Of a stretch of DNA of 64,000 nucleotides, positions 9,801 to 20,517 are shown one piece after another. The position numbers and the translations under genes are program-made. The number at the start of each line of letters is the position of its first letter. The stretch's first letter is position 1. The notes beneath the pieces were generated by a model that did not search any database, was not told the origin of the DNA, and was given only the letters and a program-made list of their open reading frames with translations. The stretch is from Geosiphon pyriformis uo1 (lineage: Eukaryota > Fungi > Glomeromycota), in assembly GCA_016748015.1 (NCBI GenBank), contig JAAOMT010000135.1:434001-498000 (forward strand), read 5' to 3'.

Positions 9801-12513
9801 CTTTAATGCGGTATACAACAGTGTTTTCAACAAACTTTATCACTACCCCCATGATGCTGAGATGATTTTTGACCTAGCAATAGCATTAATTAATGGAGCT
9901 ACCAAAGAAGATGTTTGCCAAATGAAGGAAGCAGAATACATTGAATACACCATGAAATTAGCTGGATTCGATTATGAAGACAAAGTAGAAGTCTACCACC
10001 AAATTGCAAGTCACACCTACCCAACTCAAGAAGCTCAAATTCAATGATTAGAGCAAATAAACATTAGGCTATGTAAAGAATGCATTATGCCTTGCAATGA
10101 ACAGTGGTGTCCTGAATGCTATACTCTTAGTATCCTCTTGCCCAGCAAAAATGATGAGAACAAAATTAAATTTGGAGAACCTGAAGCAATAGAAGAAATT
10201 GAAACAACACCTATCTACCTTATCGAAAATTAGCCTGCCTTACAACTTAAATACTTCAACAACAACGGACAAGGAATAAAACCTGAAAAAGCACACGAAA
10301 TTAATGCTGGATATGACCTAAGATATCCAGGCAAGGATACTCTTGTTCTCAAACCCAAATCTCTCACAAAAATCAACCTCAAAATTGCACTCGAAATCCC
10401 ACTAGGAGCAATAGTTCAAATTACCTCCTGGTCCTCTCTGGCAAGCAAAGGAATCAATGTCAGAGGAGAAATAATCGATGCTGAATATACTGGAGACATT
10501 ACAGTGATGCTTCAAAATGAAACTGACAAACCATTCAAGATCGAACATGTTGAAAAAATTGCCCAAGCTATTTACCTACCCTTAATCAACATTTCAGGTT
10601 TGCAACTAGTCAATCAAAGAGAACAATTAGAAAAAAGTGATAGAGGAACCCAAGGTTTTGGTTCAACTGGACAATTCACAGTTCCAGTTAACATAGCTCT
10701 TAACACATGGAACGAATCCCACCAGATTCTCAGACTTCCACAACCAATTACCATCTCACCCTTTGGAGAACATTCAAAAATCTACACCTGCCCAAAGCCA
10801 ACAACCACACAACAAATTTTTGAGTCCAATGAACAAGTCTGCTTGGAACATAATATTTCAATCCCAAACATTTATATTCCAGAAGGAACAAAAAAAGTCC
10901 GAGTTACTTTTTACAACCCCAATAATTACCCCATAATTTTATTAAATAATTTAGAAATTGGAGTTATTCACAGTAATATATTTCAACAAAAATTCCCCCA
11001 AACAGTCCCCAATTTCTCTGAAATTATTGGACATTCAATACCAAAAATCAACCCAAACCCCAGCTCCAAAAACTACCATGTTGTCAGGGAAAAACTATCT
11101 CAAATCAACATGGGACAACTTGAACCACAACAACAGATCCAGCTCAAAGAGCTAATTGCAGAATTTGCTGATATCTTTGCTGAAAACAACAATAACTTAG
11201 GAAGAACCAATTTGGTCCAACACCAAATTTATACAGGAGATGCCAAACCAAAAAGACAACAAGCATATCAAGTTGCTCCAGAAAGCCACCAATTCATCTG
11301 AGAAGAAGTACAACAAATCCTTAACAATGGGCTCATCCAACCCTTCATGAGTTCTTAGGCTTCACCTGTAGTGCTAGTTAAAAAGAAAAATAGAAAGATC
11401 CAATTTTGTGTTGACTATCGACAACTCAACAGTGTTACAATTGGAGATGCCTATCTCCTTCCCCGGATTGATAACATGTTAGATGCTCTTGGAAAATCCA
11501 AATACTTTTCAACACTAGATTTAGAAAGTGGTTACTGGCAAGTTGCTATGGATCCCAAAGATCACTCCAAAACAGCATTCACTACCCAAGGCAGAAATTA
11601 CGAGTTCAATGTAATGCCTTTCGGATTATGCAATGCACCAGCAACGTTTCAGAGATTAATAGATGTTGTGTACCAAGAACTTCTTTGGAAATCAGTAGTC
11701 ATTTATCTTGACAATACTGATGTTTATTCTCCATCGTTCAAATTACACTTAAAACATCTGCGAGAAGTTTTTCAATGATTACAAAAAGCAGAACTAAAAC
11801 TCAATATCGAAAAATGCTACTTTGAAAAAACAAGCCTGGTCTTCCTTGGTCATATTGTTAATAAAGATGGAATTAAACCAGATCCTGGAAAAATCAGCAT
11901 TGTCAAAAACTTCAAAACTCCTCGGAACACTACAGAACTAAGAGGATTCATGGGATTAGCATCCTACTATCGGAAGTTTATCAAAAAATTTTTGGAAATT
12001 GCAAAACTCCTCAACCAGCTCACTACCAAAAACGTTAAATACAAATAGACTACTGAACACCAAAAAGCTTTTGAAATTCTCAAGGAAAAACTGACAACAG
12101 CTCCAATTCTCGCCTACCCAAATTTCAACAACTGATTTCGACTAGCTACAGATGCTTCATATACTGCCTTTGGTGCTATCTTATCACAACTAGATAACAA
12201 CAAAAATGAGTAAGTAATTGCTTATGCTAGCAGAACATTAAAACCAGCTGAGAAAAACTATCCTGCCACAGAACTAGAAACAGCAGCCATAATTTGGGCC
12301 TTACACCACTTCAACCTTTATCTTAGGCCTAAAGAATTCGATATTATCACTGATAATATTGGACTCAAATAGCTTCAGAACAAAAATACTCAGCTGAATG
12401 CAAAACAAACCCAATGGACAAAATTTCTAGCAAACTATTGATACATAGTACATCACAAACCAGAAAAACTCCACACCAATGTTGACTGTCTCTTCAGAAT
12501 AAGACAAGATTAG
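6895..12513 (+). pseudogene. gag-pol: A1 ORF1: N-terminal domain, Gag, CCHC, protease, Cys-rich domain, dUTPase, RT, RNase H in one frame with ~20 nonsense substitutions
   Basis: ORF pieces at 6850, 7627, 8932, 9550, 10504 and 11371 share frame 1. Motifs: CHYCEISGH*KRDC at 8332; LILDSGSAGS at 8971; FCVDYRQLN; MPFGLCNAPATFQ; YLDN (decayed YLDD) at 11704; ATDAS at ~12145; natural stop RIRQD* at 12511. Confidence 0.93.
10240..10671 (+). other. dut: Trimeric dUTPase domain between protease and RT (A1)
   Basis: All five motifs are recognisable: AGYDL (10306), SWSSLASKG (RSS), GEIIDAEYTG, KIAQAI, RGTQGFGSTG (10642-10671). Homologues at ~16140-16533, ~29150-29590, ~35231-35625 and ~51820-52220. Confidence 0.9.
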
Positions 12514-12565
12514 AAAACCACAAAAACCAACACTCAACTTAACCAACCAAAAGAGCCAACAAACA

Positions 12566-13951
12566 ATGAATTTGGAAAACTACAATGATCTTAAACAATA
12601 TTTGGAAACATTAACAATCCCAACAGATTGGTCTCTAGATGAAAAACATCGACTACAACAACAAGCCAAACAATATTTTCTACACAACAACATTATTTAT
12701 TACCGAAATTTCAAAAACTCAGACAAACCACTCAGATTAATACAAGAACAGGAAAAAAAGACTATATTATACAACATGCACTCAAATCCTTCATCAGCCC
12801 ACTTCGGAAAAGACAGCACCACCCAAAGAACACTAGAATACTACTTTTGGCCTCGAATGAAAAAAGACATTTACGAATATGTCGAATCTTGTGATAGTTG
12901 TTAAAGAAGAGGAGGAACTTGCCCTACAGAACCTTTAAACCCAATCAAAGTTGGACAGCCTTTTGACAGAGTTGGTATCGATTTAGTCAGACCACTACCT
13001 ATCACAAACCAAGAAAACCATTACATTGCAGTAGCCGTAGACTATCTCACCAAATGGCCTAAAGCCAGAGCCATTCAATGGACAGATGCAAAATCAGTAG
13101 CAAACTTTATCTATGAAGACATCATTTGTAGACATGGATGCCCAATAGAACTTTTATCTGATCAAGGAACACATTTTGTGAACAATTTAATCCAGGAAAT
13201 TTGTGGATAATTTAATGTCAAGAGACCATTATCTTCATCCTACCATCCACAAACAAATGGACTGATAGAACAGTTCAACAGAACATTGTGTGAATCATTA
13301 GCCAAAGTTTCAACCGATTTTGAGCAAGAATGGGATCTCTTTATTCTATCAGTGTTACTAGCATATAAGACACTAAAACAAGATACCACAAAACACACAC
13401 CATTTGATTTAACTTACGGAAGGACGGCAACATTACCAATTAGTTTCACAGTAGAAACATATCCAGCACAACCAATCAATGAAAACAATTTCCAAGAAAT
13501 GCTTTAACAAAGAGCCTACACTCTGCTTAGCACATTAGAAGAAAAACAACGAATAGCAGCCACTCATATTGAATACTCCCAAGCTCAACAAAAAGAATGG
13601 CATGATGACAAATTGCCTCCAATCACTAATGAATTTAAAATTGGAAACAAAGTTCTCTTACACAGAACTAAAGCTGAAAAACAATGGAGTGGAAAATTTG
13701 AAAATAAATGGCATAGACCATTCTTTATCCATGAAGTTTTAGGCAATGAATCATACAAGCTAAGACTTGATGACAAAATTCTAGCAAAAGTTGCACATGG
13801 AGATCGTTTGAAACACTATAATTCCAGAAACAATCCTGAACCATTAATTTTACAAATTGGTACACATTCCCCTTTAATCAATCCCGAAGACATTCCCCGA
13901 AATTTAGAACCAATAGTTGTCATTGAACAGTCTCACAACTTAAACACTTAA
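12566..13951 (+). pseudogene. A1 integrase, separate ORF (HHCC, DDE, GPF/SH3-like; no chromodomain)
   Basis: MNLENY start; H...H...CDSC; VGIDLV, LLSDQGTHF, YHPQTNGLIE; WHRPF; three stops, one frame. Confidence 0.92.
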
Positions 13952-14072
13952 TTTAAATTTATTATTATAGTTATCTTCTTATAATTTAGAAACAATCTCA
14001 CAAAAACAAAACAAAAATAACATAAAAACTCATGCACCAAAAATAATTTTCTTTTATTTCAAATTGCTTATA

Positions 14073-14792
14073 ATGACTATTCCTCAAAACATTCAACAAT
14101 TATCCCAAAAACTAATGTTAGCTTTAAAAACAATACCCGAATTATCCATTACTGTTACTGGAAACTACATTAATTATACCCAAACAGAAGTAGTTACAAA
14201 TTTAGCCCCAAATTCACGAAAATATTATCCGTATAAGAAGAATACAAGAAGTTATACTGGAATTCACCTGCCAGAACTTTTAAAACTTGCTTTAAAAGAA
14301 AATCTAATGCTCACTCCGATTAGTATTCCACCAAATGCTACAATTCAACAAAGACTTCAACTGTGTCTCAATGAGGAAAACACTGAATATCCTCCAATCT
14401 ATAGATATTTTCACATTGGAAAAACACTCTACAAACAGAAACTAAAACTTACAACAGCAAACCTCACAAAAAAAGCTATTCAGAAACAACTCCACAACGA
14501 ATTCAAAACAACAGCTGGATCAACAAATAGTTACTACAGGCTCAGAGCTGCTCTTAGACTTTATGACCTATTCCACACCTGTGAAAACGTACTACAAAAC
14601 CCAATTTTTCAATCTTTGAAGATTCAATACATTGGAAAGCTCACAGAACTGAAATTTCAACAATTTTCAGACCAAATTTCTTCAATAATTTTGGATTATT
14701 ATCTGGAAATAACAAACAGTACTTGGACTTCGACGGAGCTCAGTCTTGAGGAGGAGGTTATGTTACCAGACAAAATTAGAGATATTATTTAG
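14073..14792 (+). CDS. A1 ORF3, intact 239-aa protein of unknown function in the env position
   Basis: Open from ATG 14073 through the PPT and 32 bp into the LTR; homologous ORFs in A2, B1, B2, B3 and C. Confidence 0.8.
   Translation: MTIPQNIQQLSQKLMLALKTIPELSITVTGNYINYTQTEVVTNLAPNSRKYYPYKKNTRSYTGIHLPELLKLALKENLMLTPISIPPNATIQQRLQLCLNEENTEYPPIYRYFHIGKTLYKQKLKLTTANLTKKAIQKQLHNEFKTTAGSTNSYYRLRAALRLYDLFHTCENVLQNPIFQSLKIQYIGKLTELKFQQFSDQISSIILDYYLEITNSTWTSTELSLEEEVMLPDKIRDII
14748..14757 (+). promoter_or_regulatory. Polypurine tract of A1
   Basis: GAGGAGGAGG 3 nt before the LTR TG. Confidence 0.85.
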
Positions 14793-15741
14793 CATAAAAA
14801 TTATCTTATAATTCCTATCATTAATTAGCATATATTATCGTTTCAAATTATCACTTATTACATTAGCAAAAATGTCCAAAATTATCATTTAATTAATAAT
14901 TCAAATTGTACACAACACAAATGTAACCTAATTGCGATGATCAATCATGCAATACTCTGAACTATGTAACATTCAAAAGTTTGCCAAAATTTATAGAAAT
15001 TAGCCGAAATAATTGATAGTTCACTGAAATATCTAATAGTTCGTAGAAATAACTTGTAGTTTGCCAAAATGTATCTTTAGTTTAGCGAAATTGTAGAAAA
15101 TAGCAAAGTTCAAGTTCATAGAATAGTGTTATGATAAGTTGTATAAAAGAAGAGCTTCTCTCTTCGAGAAAATGTATCTTACTTTAGTTTTATTACTTAG
15201 AACTATTCCTACACACACAAAAAGAAATAAATATCAAATAATTCGAAAAACCAAATTCTTTAATTATTTGCACTTGGAAAATCCCCAAGAACCCAACTAA
15301 CATTTTGAAATTGATTAGCTACCAATTTCAGTAAACTGTTAGTGACTCCAGGTCTGGATAGAAAACGTTTCTCTTGACAAAATTTTATTTTTTTTACATT
15401 TCTTTTATTTTCTTTTATTTTCTTATTATAATCATTAGGGTAACCTACAGACGAGATTCCTGTAGAAGAGTTGACTTTCACAGCAAAGTAACTACACATT
15501 TTAGTGAGCTTTTAGACAAGCAATTTCTGGAAAAGAGTTGACGTTTACTACAACGTAACTACACAAAGCAACTGGCATGAAATTGGCCATTCTACTTATA
15601 AGCCCAGCAGTTTAAATTATAGAAGATAATTTGAAGATAAATTCAGTTATTGGAGGTTCAACCACATCCAGAAAATGTGAAATTCACAGCAAATAAGCAT
15701 TGACAACATTTAGGAAAAGAGACCAAAAACCTCTGGTAACA
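14761..15741 (+). repeat. A1 3' LTR (981 bp)
   Basis: 10-bp perfect terminal inverted repeat TGTTACCAGA/TCTGGTAACA. Confidence 0.97.
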
Positions 15742-18364
15742 ACAAACACTACCAATGTTTGGCACTCACCAGAGAAGAGCAAGAACAATGGCTAAAACAA
15801 TTAAACGCCAGATTGTGTCACCATTGTTTAATTCCCAGTGACTTTGAATATTGTAATGAGTGTGATCTTATTTACAATCCACTACCATGCATAATCTACA
15901 TGATCTCAGAAAAAGAAAAACCAATTGGTAACTGCACATCGGAATCAGAATTAGTTTTTGATCCCGATTCGAACTCTAACAACAATAACGACAAAAACAC
16001 TGGTCCCAGCTCTGCTCAAAATGGCAATGAAAATATCAGTGATGCAAACTCCAATTCAAATCCCAAAATATATATTGCATTTCCTGATTTATCTAAGAAA
16101 CAGGAACTTAAATAGTATAGCAACAATGATAAAGGTATTATGCCAAAATGCGCACATGATACCAATGCAAAGTTTAATCTAAGATATCCAGGAAAAAAAG
16201 CCATCAAATTGGAACCAAATTTGTGCACATGTATTGATCTCAAAATAGCTCTGGAAATTCCAGCAACAACCATGGTCCAATTAGCATCTAAGAGTAGTTT
16301 AGCGAAAAAAAAAATCAACATTAGAGGAAGAATAATTGATGTGGGATATGTAGAAAATATCATCGCCATGTTACAAAATGACTCTGAAAAGGCCTATATT
16401 ATAGAGCCAAACAAAAAGATAGCACAAGCAATATTCCTATCTCTGGTGAAAATAGCTCAATTAGTGTCAGTGAGAAACAGAGAAGAATTAAGGATTACTG
16501 CTAGAGGAATACAGGAATTCAGATCAACAGGTAGAATAGACATACCAGTTAATATGGTGGAGAAAGAGGTTATTGACAAAGGAGAAATTATCTCAACCTG
16601 TCAATCAATTTCCATTCCACTATATGACCAGTATAGGTTAGCCATAAAAAGAAAAGTAAAGAATCAGGCTCAGTTGTTTGAAGCAGAAGCCACTATTTGC
16701 AAATCAGGAGAGATTGGACTCATTAATCTCTACATATTAGCCAAAAGCCCCAAAAACATTAAAATTCTTATTTACAATACAACTGGAAATGTCATCGAAA
16801 TATCAAAGGGAACCATCATTAGGTATTTAACCACCAAAGTTGAGGATCAACCACCAAACCACATTCCAGATTTTCAACAGCTTTGCGGATATGTGGATAT
16901 TACATCACAAACCATCTATGGAAGAGGTAAATGTTATCTGCTCCAACCAGAACAATTAGAACAAATGAACATGGGGAATCTAGATCCACTTCAACAGATG
17001 CAACTCAAGATATTACTCAATAATTTCAATGACATCTTTGCAGCAAAAATGAATTTGGCTGAACCAATATCATCTAGCATCAGATCAAAACTGGAGGTGC
17101 AATGCCAATAAAACAAAGAGCATACAGAGTACCACCAGCTAGCCATGAGATTATTCATTAAGAAATTAACTGAATGCTTGACAATGGGCTAATTCAGCCA
17201 TCAATGAGTCCATGATCATCACCAGTGGTACTGGTTTATAAGAAAAATGGGAAAATCCGTTTTTGTGTAAACTACTGGAAACTGAATGGAGTAACAAAAG
17301 GTGATAGCTATTCAACTTCAAAGATCTAAGAACTATTTGACACTTTTGGAGAAAATAAATAGTTCTTAACACTGAACTTAGATAGTGGTTACTGGCAAGT
17401 AGCCATGAATTTAGCCAACAAAAAAAAAACAGCATTCACCACAAGAAAAGGAAATTTTGAGTTTGAAGTCATGCTATTTGACTTAATAAATGCTCCAGCA
17501 ACATTTCAATGGCTCATGGAAATTGTCTATACTGGATTACTATGGAAATCAGTAGTTGTATACTTGAATGACACCAATGTGTTTTCAAAAACATTTGATA
17601 ATCATTTGTATTATCTCTAACAAATATTTGAAAGGTTAAAAAGAGCTGGATTAAAGCTAAATGCAACTAAATGTTTCTTTGGAAAAACTGAACTCAAGTT
17701 TTTGGGACATGTGGTAAGCAAAGATGGAATCAAAACAGATTCAGACAAGATTGAAGTAGTTAAGAACTTTCCAGTACCAACCAACTTGTCAGAACTAAGG
17801 GCATTTTTGGGATTCGCAGATTACTATCACTGCTTTATTAAAGACTTTTCTAAACTAGCTCAGCCACTTCACCATCTACAAACCAAGAATGTGAAATATG
17901 AATGGACTAAAGCTCAACAAAAAGCATTCAACACATTGAGAAGAAAGCTTATTTAAGCTCCAGTATTGATGTATTCAGATCACAACAAACTATTCATTAT
18001 TACTACTGATGCATTAGGTCAAGCATTGGGAGCAGTACTATCACAGAAAAGACTTGATGGAAGAAAGCATCCAGTAGCTTATGCCAGTAGAAGTTTAAGC
18101 CCAGCAGAAAAGAACTATGGAACTCCAGCACTAGAACACTTAGCAATCTATTAGGCTGTTATCAAATAGAGAAAATACTTGAGCCAAAAATTTGAAATAT
18201 ATACAGATCACAAAGGATTGACTTCAATCCAGAAACAAGAATTTGCAGACAATTGCCATGTCAGATGGAAAATAGAACTTTCACCATTCAACTATACAGT
18301 ACATTACAAAAAAAGAAAAGACAATAGAAATGCCAACAGTTTGTCGTGAATGAAACAAATATAA
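15742..18364 (+). pseudogene. gag-pol: B1 polyprotein, 3' part: end of Cys-rich domain, dUTPase, RT, RNase H
   Basis: LCHHCLIPSDFEYCNECD; dUTPase in ORF 16140; YLND; TTDALG; VAYASRSL; natural stop MKQI* at 18362. Confidence 0.9.
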
Positions 18365-18417
18365 AAACATTTCAACCCAAAAATATAACAAAACCAAACC
18401 AAAACCAATAAAAAAAA

Positions 18418-19794
18418 ATGAACACACAAAAATACCAACAGCTTCAACACTATATAAATACCCAACAGTTCAAGGAGAAGTTATCTCAAAAGAAACGAAA
18501 TAACATCAAGCAACAATCAAAATATTTTATCAATTATCAAAATATACTTTACTAGAAAAATAGACAAAATTCAGATCAACCAACCAAGATAATTACAGAG
18601 CCAGAGAAAGAAACAATACTGTTCAACATACACTCAGATCCAACAGCAGGACATTTCCACAAAGAAGCAACCATAGAAAAGACCAGAAAAAGATACTATT
18701 GGCCATCAATATATCCAAACATCATCCAATATGTTCAAAATTGTGATGCTTGTCAAAGAAGAGGAGGAACAAAACCCAGTAAGCCATTAAGACCAATTAA
18801 AGTAAAACAACTATTTGATCACATTGGAATTGACTTAGTCAAATTATTAACAATAACTAGCAAAGACAACAGATATATAGCAATAGTCATGAATTATCTT
18901 ATTAAGTGGCCAAAAGCAAAAGCAATTCAAAGAGCGGATGCAGAATTTGTTGCCAAATTTGTTCATCAAGACTTGATTTGTTAACATAGATGTCCAAAAG
19001 AATTATTATCAGACCAAGGAACTCACTTTGTGAACAGAACATTAGCAGAATTGAGCCAAAGATTCGGAATTAAAAGGCCACTATCATCACCATATCATCT
19101 ACAAACAAATGGTTTAGTTGAAAGATTTAATAGAACATTGTGTAAAGCAATTACCAAACTCAGCCAAAAAAACCAAGATGAATGGGATTTGTTTATACCA
19201 TCAGTACTATTTGCTTATCAGACAATGAAGTAAGATACTATACAAGCAACACCATTTGAATTAGTATATGGTAGAACAGCAACAATACCAGTTAAAATAG
19301 AAGTCAACACATATCCAACTGAACCAATAACAAAAGAGAATTTTCAGAAAACATTGTTGAGAAGAACATATGACTTAATAGAAATATTGAAAAACAAACA
19401 AAGAAGAACAGCTGATAATATTCAAAGATCACAAGAGAAACAGAAAGAAAGACATGATAGTCAACTACCAAACAAACCAGTTGAGTTCAAAATTGGAGAC
19501 AAAGTACTCTTATATTGTACCAAAGCAGAAAAACAATGGAGTGGAAAATTTGACCCCAAATGGGACGGACCATTTCACATAAAAGAAATTCTAGGAAATG
19601 GAGCTTATAAATTAAGATTGAACAGTAAAATCTTGACAAAAACAGCACATGGAGATCAATTGAAACCATACCACAATATAGTGTTACCATCTACTAGTAA
19701 CATTTCACAATTGGGAGTACAGAGACTATTAATCAGACCAGATGAAATTTCATGAGATTTAGAACCAATTGTCATTATCAACACAAACACGTAA
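18418..19794 (+). pseudogene. B1 integrase, separate ORF
   Basis: ATG at 18418 (MNTQKYQQ); CDAC; IGIDLV; LSDQGTHF; NGLVERFN; WDGPF; ends LEPIVIINTNT*. Confidence 0.9.
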
Positions 19795-19855
19795 AAGTGA
19801 TCGACCAAAAAAAATATATAAAGACATGGTAGATGCAACAAAAGATATTAGAAAA

Positions 19856-20503
19856 ATGGAGATTACTGATAACATCTACTTACTAGTACAACAACTATTC
19901 AAACTGATTCAACAACAAAATATAGAAATTACTATCAATCAACAAACCATTCAATACCGAGATACCAGAAAGATACCCAAATACAAAAGTAAAAAGAAAA
20001 CAGAAAACACCATTGACAAAATGGTTCTAAAAATAAAATTAGCAATTGAGGAACCAACAAGTGTTACTATATATTAAGAGTTGACCAAAAAAACATGGAA
20101 ATGGTGGATACATGAATTTCCAAGAAACTTCTGTTACTTCTATTTGGGACGACACTTGAACATTCAGAACTTATACACAGATAAAACAAAACAATTATTC
20201 AACACAGCAATACTGCAACAACTAGAACAATTCGTAGGAAAAAACAATCTGACCACACAAGCAAAAGCCATCTATTGGCTACATATAGGATTTTAAGACA
20301 GACTGGAAATTTTACTCAATCCAGAATTAAACTCCATTACAATTAACCAAATAGGAAAAATGACCAACACTCAATTTAAAGAATTGCAGAACCAGATAAC
20401 TCAAATAATCCTTGAAAGAGAAGTTCAAGAAATACTCAACAACAAAAAATTAGAGTTAGGAGATTTAAGAGATTTAAGAGATCTCGATGGAGCTCAATAT
20501 TAA
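19856..20503 (+). pseudogene. B1 ORF3 (~215 aa, two nonsense mutations)
   Basis: ORFs 19769 and 20081 share a frame that continues to GAQY* at the PPT. Confidence 0.78.
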
Positions 20504-20517
20504 AAAGGAAGGAATAA

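Larger units (their letters stand above)
5879..15741 (+). mobile_element. Full-length Ty3/Gypsy element A1 (9863 bp), TSD ACAA
   Basis: LTRs 5879-6848 and 14761-15741; ACAA at 5875-5878 and 15742-15745; removing it restores the B1 frame EFHKHYQCLALTREEQEQW. Confidence 0.97.

Noticed and set aside
13613-13951. Chromodomain at the integrase C-terminus
   Set aside because: No chromodomain pattern; INT ends about 45 aa after the SH3-like region.
14073-14792. ORF3 as an envelope gene
   Set aside because: Too short, with no evident signal peptide or transmembrane segment.
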